64,000 nucleotides of DNA, from positions 21,533 to 85,532 of the forward strand of contig SVBA01000008.1 of the NCBI GenBank assembly GCA_015059095.1, written 5' to 3'. A model generated the notes under the pieces. The model saw only the letters and a list, made by a program, of their open reading frames with translations. It was not told where the DNA came from and ran no database searches. Position 1 is the stretch's first letter; every line of letters begins with the position of its first letter. Position numbers and translations under genes: made by a program. Shown here piece after piece: positions 1 to 10,641 of the stretch. This stretch comes from Erysipelotrichaceae bacterium. GTDB taxonomy: Bacteria; Bacillota_I; Bacilli_A; RFN20; CAG-449.

Positions 1-3000
1 TACTTCGCCATAAATACAAGTTCTTTCTTTAGAACCTACTTTATCAAATGTTGGTTCTTCTACAGTAGTCCATTCGCCATATGAGTGTTCTTTTAATTCA
101 CCATATTCAGCTTCACAGTGTTCACATACTGCTAATTTAGAACATGTTGATTCTCCACCTGTATGTTCTTTTGCATCAGATTTTGTACCACAACCATTAA
201 CACATAATCTTGAGTGAGTACCATCTTCGTTGTCAACATAAGCACCAGTATAATCATGACCCAATGCTTCTTGTCCTAACTTAGTTTCTTCATGACCACA
301 ACCTTCTAGACTACAAACTCTATGTAATACTTCAGCTTCAGTACAATTTGCTGGAGTTTTTTGACTCCATTCACCATATGTATGATCTGCTAATACACCA
401 TAAGATTCACCACAAACTTCACATTCAGCTTTAACTAAACAAGAAGCGGTTCCACCTTTATGGTTTTCTAATTCTAATTTTTCATCACAACCAGAACATG
501 TTTTCCAGTGAGATGATTCATCAGTTACCCATGTTTCAGAAGGAACATGGACGTGATCTAATTTTGCAATTGTTTCTTCTTTTGCATATTCACAAACTGT
601 ACATTTGAATGTTTTAATACCTGTTTCTTGTTCAGTAGCAGGTTTAGTTATAGTACCTTCATCCCATGTATGACCTTCTCTAGAAGAAACTTCTCCAGAG
701 TGTTCACATGTAGCTGCATGCCAGTGATGAGTTTCATCTTTTGACCATTCAGAAGAATATTTATGTGTATGAGGTAATACGTCACCATATTCTTGACCAC
801 ATTCAGAACATTTTGCTTTTTCTTCTTCAGTAGCAGTACCACCTTTATGAATTTCTTTTTGTGTTTTTTCTTCACAACCTTCTGCTTCACATTCATACCA
901 GTGACCTTCTGCATCATAATTTAATTTTGTTAATTTGTGACCAAGAGCAGAATTTTCAATTTCTTTAGTTTCTTCATGACCACAACCATCAATTGTACAT
1001 TTTCTAACTTGAACTTCGTTATTAATACAATCAGCTGGAGTTAATACTTCCCATTCACCATAAGTATGGTCAGTTTTTGAATCTAGGCTTTCTCTAGTAA
1101 TTGTTTCACCACAAATAGAACAAACCGCTGTTTCAGTTGCATTTTCTTGACATGTTCCATCGTTATTAGAAACAAATTCACCATATCTATGATTTAATAC
1201 TGGAGAAGCTGCATCAATAGCAACATTATAAACTCTAATATCATCATAATATGTATTAGCACCAGGATGTCCTGTACCATAGTTAGCACCAAATCCAATT
1301 GAGAATGATGGATCGATGTAAACATTCTTTTCTTCTGTTAATTCATAAACAACTGTTCCTAATAAGACTGTAAAGTCACCATTAGCATCTTGTTTATATT
1401 GAGTAATTGTTAAAGTTAATCCACTCTTTACAACTCTAATTTCAGACCATTCTAAGTCTGTCATTGAATTTGTAGGCATTCTCTTAGTAGATTGACCTAA
1501 GTTAATTCTTAATTGTCTATTTCCAGCATTTGATTTTTCAAAACCGATACTAAAGAATGGAGTTAGACAATCTTTTCCAGGTTTAGATTTTGCACCTTCA
1601 CCCCATTTTGCATCATAAATATCTGATACACTTAAACCGAATAAGTATGTTTCACTACTTGAATGACCACTACCATCAGGCTTAACTTTTACTGAAATAG
1701 TAAAGTCACCGTTATTAGAATCAACACCAGTTAATCTTAAATGATTACCAGGAGTTAATGCATTATTTACTGCGTTATGATTAATTTTAACTGTTCCATC
1801 AACATAAGGAACGTTTTCATTATTAACTGTAAAATCAGTAACTTTATTAGTAGAGTCAGTATAGAATCCACCATGATTTAATACAGCATTTGAATCTAAA
1901 CCTGTATTTTCCATTGAAGAATTGTCAAAATTATATTCAACGATAGGATTTACTACTGAAACAGTAGTTTCTGCTGTAACTGCTTCATAATCTACTTCGC
2001 CTAAAACGTTAGTAACTGTTGCAGTTAATTTTGCTTCTTTAGAAGTAACATCATTTGCTAAAGACATACCGATAACATACCATTTACCTTCTTCTTTAAC
2101 AACTTTTAATACTTTTTCATCATCTGAAGCCCATTCAACTCTATAGTTTTCAGCACCTTCAGTAACAATAGTAACTTTTAATTCGACTTTTTGTCCTTTT
2201 AATACATTAGAAGGAACTTCATCAAGTTCAACTTCTTGTACTTTAACTAGTTGTGGGATTTCTTCAGTTTCGACTTCGCCACATTCACATTTTCTTTCTT
2301 TAGAACCTGCTTGATCAAATGTTGGTTCAACTACAACCCAATCACCATAAGCATGTTCTGCTAATTCACCATAAGCTTCGCCACAAGTTGTACATACAGC
2401 TTTTTCTGTACAAGTTGCAGTACCACCTGTATGACCTAAAGCTGGGTCACCTTCTCTAGTTTCTTCGTGATTACAGTTTGGAGTGGTACATACTCTATGT
2501 TCTACTTCAGCATTTTCACAATCTGCTGGAGTCTTAGTTTCCCATTCACCATAAGCGTGGTCTGCTAATTCACCATATTCAGCTTCACAGTGTTCACATT
2601 TTGCTAATGCTTGACATGTTGCTTCTCCACCACTATGATTTTCTGTTCCAGAAGTTGTTCCACAACCATTAACACATAATCTTGAGTGAGTACCATCTTT
2701 ATTATCAACATATGCACCAACATATGAATGACCTAAAGCAGGGTCGCCTTCTCTAGTTTCTTCAAAACCACATTTTGGGTTTGAACATACTCTATGTTCT
2801 ACTTCAGCATTTTCACAATCTGCTGGTGTTTTAGTTTCCCATTCACCAAATACGTGTGTATGATCTTTTAATTCACCATAAGGTTGATTACATCCTTCAC
2901 AAACTGCTTTTTCTTCTTCAGTTGCAACACCACCAAAGTGAGCAACTTTTTCAGTTTCTTCATCGCAACCATCTCTATCACATGATGTCCAGTGATGAGT

Positions 3001-3885
3001 TTCATCAAATTTAGTTGTCATTTCATGACCTAAAGCTGCATCACCTTCTCTAGTTTCTTCATGATTACAGTTTGGAATAGTACATACTCTATGTTCTACT
3101 TCAGCATTTTCACAATCTGCTTCTGTCTTAGTTTCCCATTCGCCATAAGCGTGTTCAGCTAAATCACCATAAGGTTGATTACATTCTTCACAAACTGCTT
3201 TTTCTAGACATGTTGCTTCTCCTCCTGAGTGAGGAATTTTTTCTGTTGCTTCTTTACAACCTTCATTGTCACATTCACTCCAGTGATGAGTATTATCATA
3301 CTTATCAACCATATTATGACCTAAAGCTGCATCACCTTCTCTAGTTTCTTCTTTGTCACAATCAGGCATAGAACAAATTCTATATTCTACTTCTTTTTCT
3401 AGACATGTTGCTGGAGTTTTTGTCATCCAATCACTCCAAGTATGGCCTAATTCTTCGCCTGCAGTAAATGTTTCTGTACCTGCTTGTCCACAAGCACATG
3501 ATTTGTAGTAGACTGCTTTATTTTCACAGTCTGCTGGTGATACTAAATATTTAGCATCAACTTTTGAAACTGTATAAGCATGTTCATGTTCTTTTAGTGA
3601 TCCATATGATGCACCACACACTTCACATTTTGCTTGTTCAGTTTCAGTTGCAACACCACCAGTATGTTCTGCTTTAGAATCTACTTCATTACATGAAGAA
3701 TCTTCACAAGCATGCCAGTGGTATTCTTCATCTTTTTCCCATTCAGAACCCCAATTATGGGTATGAACAGGTTCAGAAGATGAAGAAGGAGGATTTGACG
3801 AGCTTGAACTATTAATGTTACAAGCTGCTAACATACCTACTGCACATAAGGCTAATAAATATGTTAATATCTTTTTTCCTTTCAT
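1..3885 (-). CDS. Giant Cys/His-rich tandem-repeat surface lipoprotein, 3' end beyond window. Architecture: lipoprotein signal peptide, ~6 Cys-rich ~45-aa repeats, Big_2-like Ig domain, LamG/concanavalin-like domain, then more Cys-rich repeats.
   Basis: ATG at 3885 preceded by AAGGGG. N-terminus MKGKKILTYLLALCAVGMLAAC has a lipobox. The frame stays open to position 1 (no complete ORF in the track, so it runs off the edge). Repeats of type H-x-Y-G-E-W-x-TKTPADCENAEVEHRVC-x-PNC-x-HEETREGD-ALGH. Central module is highly similar to the Big_2+LamG module of the next gene. Nucleotide-level repeats, e.g. 70-160 vs 2555-2640. Confidence 0.7.
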   Translation of the reverse strand, partial: MKGKKILTYLLALCAVGMLAACNINSSSSSNPPSSSSEPVHTHNWGSEWEKDEEYHWHACEDSSCNEVDSKAEHTGGVATETEQAKCEVCGASYGSLKEHEHAYTVSKVDAKYLVSPADCENKAVYYKSCACGQAGTETFTAGEELGHTWSDWMTKTPATCLEKEVEYRICSMPDCDKEETREGDAALGHNMVDKYDNTHHWSECDNEGCKEATEKIPHSGGEATCLEKAVCEECNQPYGDLAEHAYGEWETKTEADCENAEVEHRVCTIPNCNHEETREGDAALGHEMTTKFDETHHWTSCDRDGCDEETEKVAHFGGVATEEEKAVCEGCNQPYGELKDHTHVFGEWETKTPADCENAEVEHRVCSNPKCGFEETREGDPALGHSYVGAYVDNKDGTHSRLCVNGCGTTSGTENHSGGEATCQALAKCEHCEAEYGELADHAYGEWETKTPADCENAEVEHRVCTTPNCNHEETREGDPALGHTGGTATCTEKAVCTTCGEAYGELAEHAYGDWVVVEPTFDQAGSKERKCECGEVETEEIPQLVKVQEVELDEVPSNVLKGQKVELKVTIVTEGAENYRVEWASDDEKVLKVVKEEGKWYVIGMSLANDVTSKEAKLTATVTNVLGEVDYEAVTAETTVSVVNPIVEYNFDNSSMENTGLDSNAVLNHGGFYTDSTNKVTDFTVNNENVPYVDGTVKINHNAVNNALTPGNHLRLTGVDSNNGDFTISVKVKPDGSGHSSSETYLFGLSVSDIYDAKWGEGAKSKPGKDCLTPFFSIGFEKSNAGNRQLRINLGQSTKRMPTNSMTDLEWSEIRVVKSGLTLTITQYKQDANGDFTVLLGTVVYELTEEKNVYIDPSFSIGFGANYGTGHPGANTYYDDIRVYNVAIDAASPVLNHRYGEFVSNNDGTCQENATETAVCSICGETITRESLDSKTDHTYGEWEVLTPADCINNEVQVRKCTIDGCGHEETKEIENSALGHKLTKLNYDAEGHWYECEAEGCEEKTQKEIHKGGTATEEEKAKCSECGQEYGDVLPHTHKYSSEWSKDETHHWHAATCEHSGEVSSREGHTWDEGTITKPATEQETGIKTFKCTVCEYAKEETIAKLDHVHVPSETWVTDESSHWKTCSGCDEKLELENHKGGTASCLVKAECEVCGESYGVLADHTYGEWSQKTPANCTEAEVLHRVCSLEGCGHEETKLGQEALGHDYTGAYVDNEDGTHSRLCVNGCGTKSDAKEHTGGESTCSKLAVCEHCEAEYGELKEHSYGEWTTVEEPTFDKVGSKERTCIYGEV

Positions 3886-3977
3886 ATTTTCCCCTTTCTT
3901 TTTTATATTCAGCGGATTCCCGTTTCTTAATTATCACTACTTTTATAGAATTGAAAATCCGCTTAATACCTTTTTAT

Positions 3978-6900
3978 CTATTTGATTGCAAAGTCATAAA
4001 TTCTAATATCATCGTAATAAGTGTAATTATTTGGAGCACCATTTTGACATCCACTATTACCTGTGAATGCTAAATTACAACTTGATGTAAAGTTAATTGC
4101 TTCTGCACTAGATAAAGTAATTTCATATCCGGTTGTTAATCCACTATCTACTTCTGTAATTGCAAATTTGACATTATTACCATTTCTAACTATCATGACA
4201 TCAATCCATTCTCCATATGGAAGATATACATAGCTGTTTTCAGAATTCTTTTCATTTAATTTTGAATCAATAACAAATCTTATACGGTTTTGTCCTTCTA
4301 CAAGTTTATATGAAACATTGAAATATGGAGCTTTAACGTCTTTTACATTACCATTAGCATCAGTAGGATTACCAATACCTAATAAGTAACATGATGAATT
4401 AGAGTTAGTAACTAAACCAGAAATATTCATTCTAGCCATAATAGTGAAATCATTTGTTCCTAAGTCAATTCCATTAATTGTAAAGTGGTTTCCACCTTCT
4501 TTCTTTTGATCTAATTTAATAGCATTATTTTCTAAATCATTAGAATCTTTTCCATATACTATAGAAGCAGTAGAATCAACAACATTAGTACCCGACATTG
4601 TTGTAACCTTACCAGTAACAGTTTGATTAGTACCTGTATTAGCAATTGTTCCATTATTGAATGTGTATTCAACAATTGGATTAATTACTGTAATTTCAAA
4701 TGAATCAGTTACAGATTCATATTCTGTTTCACCTAATACATTAGTCACTTTTACAGTTAATGTTGCTTTATCACTGGTAACACTATTTGCAAGTGTTTTT
4801 GAAACAGCATAGTATTTTCCATCTTGATAAACTACTTCAATTACAGCTTCATCACTAGAAGTCCATTCGACTTTATAACTAGTTTTGCCTTCAACTAAGA
4901 TATCAACTTTTAATTCAGTTGAACTTTCTTCGATTACTTTTTCAATTGTATTAGAAATTTCGATTTCTTCAACTTTAGTTAATTTTTCAAGAGTTTCAGT
5001 TTCTACATGATTACAATCATAACATCCTCTACTTCTTTCGCCTGCTTGATCAAAAGTCGGATAAGAAACATATTCCCAATCTTTATAATCGTGACCTGCG
5101 TAAATTGTAATATTTTCAAGAGTTGTCTCTACTTTTTCTTCTGTAAAATATTTCTTACATTCACTACATTGATAATGCGCTAAATTACCAGTATCTACAC
5201 AGTTAGTTGGAACTTTTGCTTCAATTAATGTTCCATAATTATGTGCAACTATTGAATTAGGAATTTCTTTAATAATTTTAGAATTACAAATAGTGCAAGT
5301 TGCTGATTGAGTAGCATTGGTTACACAAGTTGCATTATTGTCATCAACATATTCACCATAAGTATGCTTAATTAATGCGCCTTCTTTATCAATAGCAAAG
5401 TCATATACTTGAATATCATCATAGTAAGTGTAATTATTAGGAGCACCATTTTGACATCCACTATTACCTGTGAATCCTAAGTTACAATTAGATGTAAAGT
5501 TAATTGTTTCCGCATTAGGTAGAACAATTTCATAACCACTAGAAGTACCACTATCAACTTCAGTAATAACTAATGAAACGTTATTTCCTGATCTAATAAC
5601 CATTACTTCAATCCATTCTCCATATGGAAGATATACTAGACTTCCTTCTGAATTCTTTTCATTAACCTTAGAATTGATAACAAATCTAACTCTATTCTTT
5701 TCACCGTCTAATTTATAAGAAATATTGAAATATGGAGCTTTAACGTCCTTTACATTACCAAGTTCATCAGTTGGATTACCAATACCTAATAAGTAACATG
5801 ATGAATTAGAGTTAGTAACTGCTCCAGAAATATTCATTCTAGCCATGATAGTAAAATCATTAGTTCCTAAGTCAATTCCATTAATTGTAAAGTGATTTCC
5901 GCCTTCTTTCTTTTGGCCTAATTTAATTGAGTTATTATCTAAATCATTAGAATCTTTTCCATATTCTATAGAAGCAGAAGAATCAATAACATTAGTACCC
6001 GACATTGTTGTAACCTTACCAGTAACAGTTTGATTAGTACCTGTATTAACAATTTTTGCATCATTGAAATTGTATTCAACAATTGGATTAATAACACTTA
6101 CTTCCATAGAATCATCATATGACTCATATTCAACTTCACCTAATACGTTAGTTACAGTTGCAGTTAAAGTAGTTTTTAAACTAGTTACTGAACTATCAAT
6201 GTGTTGAGCAACAGCATAATATTTACCATTTTTATAAACAACTTTAATAATATTTTCATTATTAGAAATCCATTTAACATCGTAGTTATCAGCACCTTCA
6301 GTTAGAATATCTACCTTTAATTCGATTTCTTGACCTTCGATAATTTTATTTGCACTAGTAGAAATTTCAAATTCTTCTACTTTAATTAATTTTGGAAGGA
6401 CTTCATCTTCTCTAGCAGTACAAGAGCAAACTCTATATCTTGAACCCTCCTCATCAAATGTTGGTTCAGTAGTTACCCATTCACCATAAGTGTGTTGATA
6501 TCCCTTATTTATTTCTTCATAAGGAACTTCAACTTTTTCTTCTGTAAAATAATGTTTGCAACTACTACATTGATAATGTGCTAAAACTTCTTCAACAGTA
6601 CAACTACCTTCTACAAAAGGAATTAGTTCACCATAAATATGTTCTAATTTAGTTCCTTTTATATCACGAGTATTTGTTGCATCACAATCATCACATTTAG
6701 CAGTTTCTGTACAATTAGATGAACAAGTTGGATTATTATTAGAAACATACTTTGTAAATGAGTGAGATTCTTTTGAATCAGGAATTTCTCGAGTATTTAT
6801 TGCATCACAATAATCACATATTGCAGTTTCTGTTTCATTTGAAGTACAAGTTGCATCATTATTGCTTTCATACTTTGTAAACGTATGTTCAATTTTTGAA

Positions 6901-7280
6901 TCTTTAATTACTCTAGTATCTGTTTTATTACAGCCATCACAAATTGCAGTTTCTGTACCATTTTTTGTACAAGTTGCATCATTATTACTAACATAATTAG
7001 TAAATGAGTGGGTTTGATGAGGATTAACATACTCTTTTGTTTCAGAATATCCACATTCACAAACTCTTTCCTCTAAAGTTTTATCATCATTTACTTTCCA
7101 AGAAGAAAATTCATGAGCACTTTCATTAAATCTTTCATCACATTCAAAGCATTCTCTCCAGTGATTTGTTTCATCATAATGATATCCACCCGTCAAAGAA
7201 TGATTATGAGAACAACCTGCAATAACTATTAATCCAACAGGTAATGCCAAACTTAATAATATTTTTTTAATAAGTTTCAT
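3978..7280 (-). CDS. Cys-rich repeat surface lipoprotein, paralog of the upstream gene. Architecture: lipobox, short Cys-rich ~37-aa repeats, then two near-identical copies of a [Cys-rich linker, Big_2, LamG-like] module.
   Basis: RBS AAAGGAG then ATG. MKLIKKILLSLALPVGLIVIAGC lipoprotein signal. Repeats H-x-FTKY-x-SNNDATC-x-NGTETAIC-D-x-C. Big_2-like stretch (VEEIEIS...KVDIL...YKVEWTSSDEAVIEVV...ATLTVKVTN). LamG-like stretch (NHFTINGIDLGTNDFTIMARMNISG...LPYGEWIEVMVIRSGNNV) occurs twice. Confidence 0.8.
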   Translation of the reverse strand: MKLIKKILLSLALPVGLIVIAGCSHNHSLTGGYHYDETNHWRECFECDERFNESAHEFSSWKVNDDKTLEERVCECGYSETKEYVNPHQTHSFTNYVSNNDATCTKNGTETAICDGCNKTDTRVIKDSKIEHTFTKYESNNDATCTSNETETAICDYCDAINTREIPDSKESHSFTKYVSNNNPTCSSNCTETAKCDDCDATNTRDIKGTKLEHIYGELIPFVEGSCTVEEVLAHYQCSSCKHYFTEEKVEVPYEEINKGYQHTYGEWVTTEPTFDEEGSRYRVCSCTAREDEVLPKLIKVEEFEISTSANKIIEGQEIELKVDILTEGADNYDVKWISNNENIIKVVYKNGKYYAVAQHIDSSVTSLKTTLTATVTNVLGEVEYESYDDSMEVSVINPIVEYNFNDAKIVNTGTNQTVTGKVTTMSGTNVIDSSASIEYGKDSNDLDNNSIKLGQKKEGGNHFTINGIDLGTNDFTIMARMNISGAVTNSNSSCYLLGIGNPTDELGNVKDVKAPYFNISYKLDGEKNRVRFVINSKVNEKNSEGSLVYLPYGEWIEVMVIRSGNNVSLVITEVDSGTSSGYEIVLPNAETINFTSNCNLGFTGNSGCQNGAPNNYTYYDDIQVYDFAIDKEGALIKHTYGEYVDDNNATCVTNATQSATCTICNSKIIKEIPNSIVAHNYGTLIEAKVPTNCVDTGNLAHYQCSECKKYFTEEKVETTLENITIYAGHDYKDWEYVSYPTFDQAGERSRGCYDCNHVETETLEKLTKVEEIEISNTIEKVIEESSTELKVDILVEGKTSYKVEWTSSDEAVIEVVYQDGKYYAVSKTLANSVTSDKATLTVKVTNVLGETEYESVTDSFEITVINPIVEYTFNNGTIANTGTNQTVTGKVTTMSGTNVVDSTASIVYGKDSNDLENNAIKLDQKKEGGNHFTINGIDLGTNDFTIMARMNISGLVTNSNSSCYLLGIGNPTDANGNVKDVKAPYFNVSYKLVEGQNRIRFVIDSKLNEKNSENSYVYLPYGEWIDVMIVRNGNNVKFAITEVDSGLTTGYEITLSSAEAINFTSSCNLAFTGNSGCQNGAPNNYTYYDDIRIYDFAIK

Positions 7281-7371
7281 AGTTTACTCCTTTCTTAAGA
7301 GAGTTGCCTTTTGTTTAAAGTAAATCTAATTTATTGACAAAAGACAAAAACAATAAATATAAGTTAAATAA

Positions 7372-10300
7372 TTAAATCTTATTATTATAGATTAATTCAA
7401 TTCCCTTTGAATCAATCGCTCCATCATATACTGCGATATTATCATAAGCAATCTTACCTGGATGATAAGACCAAGATTCACCAACGTATGCTCCAAAGTT
7501 CAATACATTACTTGTAAAGTTAGTATCTTCAGCAATAGTTAATGATGTAATTACTCGACCATCAACATATAAATGAACTCTATCTTTTTGACGTACTAAC
7601 ACAACATTATGCCATTCACCATAGCTCATATTTGGATCAATTACTTTAGTAGCAATATCACTATCAGAAGTTCTAATATTGTAATAGAATTTTCCATCAG
7701 CTTCTTGTCTTACTGTAACTCTAAATCCATCATTACAATCATCAACATTACTTGTACCAAAGATATATGAACTATTTCCTGAAGAAAGAGTAGAACCTAC
7801 AGGAACATTGATCCAAGTCGAGATTGTAAAGTCATTAGTACCGAAATTAAATCCATTAATATTTGTATAAGCACCTACACTATTTTGAGTTAAAATAGCA
7901 CCATTTTCATCTCCATCAATGCCTTGAGTATATTTGATAACGTCTTCATCTAAGAAATATAATCCACTAATTTTAACTGGTTTAACAATTACTTGATCAT
8001 TTGATCCTGAATTAGTAATATTTCCATTTAAGAAATCGACATAGACATCCGCTCTATCCTTATTTAGCAATACAACTTCAAATTTATATGTATTATTATC
8101 TTCAGCAACTACTTCAATTTCTTGATTGATAACTTCATTAATCGAAGCTTCTGGCACTTTTAATTGATAATAGCCTTCTGACTTTTTAACGAAATAATTG
8201 CTGTGAGATTTTATCTCTTTAATTCCATAGTCATTATTTTGATCATCTTTACAAATTAAATCAGCAACATAATTTCCATCAATTATTTGAGCATCAGTTA
8301 AATAAATATCTTCAACTGATACACTATTTGTAACATATCCTTTTTCATCAAATGTAACAAATTTACTTCTATCATGAGTATAGTAATTACTTACACCTGT
8401 TTGATTATGATATTGAGAAGTAACTAATGTATTTTTATCTTTATAATAAGAAACACATGGTAAGATATATAATTCTTCTGGAGCCTTTTCTAAACCAAAT
8501 GTACTATATGGAATGAAAATCTCCACTTGATAGCCATCACTAGTTAAATTAGTATCAGCAATAATATCTAATTTATAATCACCAGTTCTTTCAAGCCATG
8601 CCCAACCATCGCTTGCAGGAGTTTGGTAGATATAAGTTTTTGATGTATTTGAATGCGGATAACATCTAATTTGATATGTATTTCCAACCGCAATTTCTTT
8701 TCCTAATGTGAATATAGTTTCAACATGAGTTTTATTTCTAATAATTGCATCCTTAACATCGTATCCAACAAAAATACCCTTTTCACCAAAATAAGTAGAT
8801 ACTTCTTGTGAAATAATATTTTCTGATACATTAGTTAAAGTTTTATATGAACGGCCATATTTCTCATCATTTGGATTACCATCTACACAAATTTCAGAGA
8901 AATATGCTCTTGATTTTTCTTTTTTACCATTACAAATAGTATCAAACTCGATACCATCTTTAAATTTTTCAATTTCCTCTTTCTTGACTTTTGCTCTGAA
9001 CTTACCATTATTTATATTTTCAATAATCAAGTTTTCAGGAGTTTCAAAAGTAGGATTTACTAAATATTTATCAGAAGATGATTTTTCATTTAAAGTAACA
9101 AACGAAGCTTCAACTTCAAATTCATATTCATAATAACCAGTTTCTTGATTTAGCATATTAGATGTAAAGAATACATTTGGAGTATCCATTTTTCTTAATA
9201 CTGCTCCATCATTTTCCATAAAGATATAGTGTTCTTGAGGATTAGTTTGTCCTGCAACATTGGCATTAGTTACATTACAATAATCCCATGGTGCAGCTTT
9301 TTGAGATTGACTTTCGTTTTCCGCATGAATTACATTAGGTAAAACCATAACTCCATCTAATTTTGTATTTGATCCAAAACTAGTCCAAGGAATAAATATC
9401 TCAATAGTGTATCCTTCATTTTTATTACTATTTAATCCACCCAATCCATTATTATCTTGAATTGTAGTTCCTGTTAGCATATCAAATTGATCAAATGACC
9501 ATGGATATGATTCTCCAATAACACCAGAATAACCTACCTTCACATTATTAGCAGTAATTCTTAGTTGAAGACATTCTGGAGTAATCTCTGTCACTCCATA
9601 AGGTGCAAACAAGATTTCCATTCCACTATTTAAACCAATTGGTCTAACTGTTTCATCAGCATAATAAACATAGTTATCTTTAACAACAAATCCAAAATAT
9701 GCTCCTTTATCAGTCATATAAGAACTTGCTGATAATTTGACTTCTTTACCAAATGCTGTTTTATAAACAAAGTTAGCATCTTGAACTTCTGCCCAAATTG
9801 GTTCATCTAACTTACCATCAATGCTCATTGTTTCATCTTCGACAACTAAATCATTGATAATATCATCATATTGAACCATTCCTTGATTTGAAACGATTTT
9901 CCAAGTATTTGGTTTTGTTAATAAACTTCCTTGAGTACCCGCCCAAATTCTATCACCATCTAGAGATGCACTTTCAACGTGGTTAAATGCCGTATAAGTT
10001 CTAATATACTTATGATTTTCTACTCCTAATACATCCCAAGGAACAAACGCTTCACATACATAGCCTTCGCAAGAACTAGTATTCATGTTTCCTTTTACAT
10101 AAGAAGCTCCTTCCCAAGTAAATGGGGAAGTCATCCATTGCATTTTTCCTAAACCATTCAAATTAAGTCTCCAAGAAGAATCCTTATAATCAACTTTTAC
10201 TCCATCACCAGTAGGAATAATTCTAATACAATGCGCTTTGGTATCTAAATTACCAAAACCCTTAAAATGAACTTCTACTGATGTGTTTCTTGAAGGTCTT

Positions 10301-10638
10301 CTTTCTTCGTTATAATAAACTGCATAATCATCAACTATAACTCCAAAATATACACCTTTTTCTCCTATATAACACATTGATTCTAATTTAACATCCGGAG
10401 AAGCAGAGTTAACTACAGTGTATGAATTCTTTTTTGCAATCATCCACTCTTTTTCATCTAAAACCCCATCAATATCCATTCCTTCATCTTTATCTAAATT
10501 AACTTTTTGGTTATTTTGATTTTCTGGAATTGAATATTCTGGAAATTTGAATCCCTCAACAACTTTTGAACATGAAGATAAAGTAGCTAAAGCAGAAAGG
10601 ATAACTAAAATTTTTGATAGTTTTGATTTTTTCTTCAT
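7372..10638 (-). CDS. Surface lipoprotein with four CBM9-like (DOMON-type) carbohydrate-binding modules and a C-terminal LamG-like domain
   Basis: RBS AAAGGAG. N-terminus MKKKSKLSKILVILSALATLSSC has a lipobox. Repeated I/VDG-x-LDE-x-W ... YFGVIVDD ... RPSRNTSVEVHF-type CBM9 signatures. C-terminal NGFNFGTNDFTISTWINV...YGEWHNVVLVRQKDRVHLYVDG is LamG-like. Confidence 0.7.
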   Translation of the reverse strand: MKKKSKLSKILVILSALATLSSCSKVVEGFKFPEYSIPENQNNQKVNLDKDEGMDIDGVLDEKEWMIAKKNSYTVVNSASPDVKLESMCYIGEKGVYFGVIVDDYAVYYNEERRPSRNTSVEVHFKGFGNLDTKAHCIRIIPTGDGVKVDYKDSSWRLNLNGLGKMQWMTSPFTWEGASYVKGNMNTSSCEGYVCEAFVPWDVLGVENHKYIRTYTAFNHVESASLDGDRIWAGTQGSLLTKPNTWKIVSNQGMVQYDDIINDLVVEDETMSIDGKLDEPIWAEVQDANFVYKTAFGKEVKLSASSYMTDKGAYFGFVVKDNYVYYADETVRPIGLNSGMEILFAPYGVTEITPECLQLRITANNVKVGYSGVIGESYPWSFDQFDMLTGTTIQDNNGLGGLNSNKNEGYTIEIFIPWTSFGSNTKLDGVMVLPNVIHAENESQSQKAAPWDYCNVTNANVAGQTNPQEHYIFMENDGAVLRKMDTPNVFFTSNMLNQETGYYEYEFEVEASFVTLNEKSSSDKYLVNPTFETPENLIIENINNGKFRAKVKKEEIEKFKDGIEFDTICNGKKEKSRAYFSEICVDGNPNDEKYGRSYKTLTNVSENIISQEVSTYFGEKGIFVGYDVKDAIIRNKTHVETIFTLGKEIAVGNTYQIRCYPHSNTSKTYIYQTPASDGWAWLERTGDYKLDIIADTNLTSDGYQVEIFIPYSTFGLEKAPEELYILPCVSYYKDKNTLVTSQYHNQTGVSNYYTHDRSKFVTFDEKGYVTNSVSVEDIYLTDAQIIDGNYVADLICKDDQNNDYGIKEIKSHSNYFVKKSEGYYQLKVPEASINEVINQEIEVVAEDNNTYKFEVVLLNKDRADVYVDFLNGNITNSGSNDQVIVKPVKISGLYFLDEDVIKYTQGIDGDENGAILTQNSVGAYTNINGFNFGTNDFTISTWINVPVGSTLSSGNSSYIFGTSNVDDCNDGFRVTVRQEADGKFYYNIRTSDSDIATKVIDPNMSYGEWHNVVLVRQKDRVHLYVDGRVITSLTIAEDTNFTSNVLNFGAYVGESWSYHPGKIAYDNIAVYDGAIDSKGIELIYNNKI

Positions 10639-10641
10639 AAA

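Noticed and set aside
648-917. 89-aa Lys-rich ORF on minus strand
   Set aside because: Lies in a different frame inside the large open reading frame 1-3885 that encodes a coherent repeat lipoprotein. K-rich composition is typical of out-of-frame AT-rich sequence.
3861-4073. 70-aa plus-strand ORF spanning the gene 1/gene 2 junction
   Set aside because: Antisense to the lipoprotein genes. No RBS. Low-complexity hydrophobic translation.
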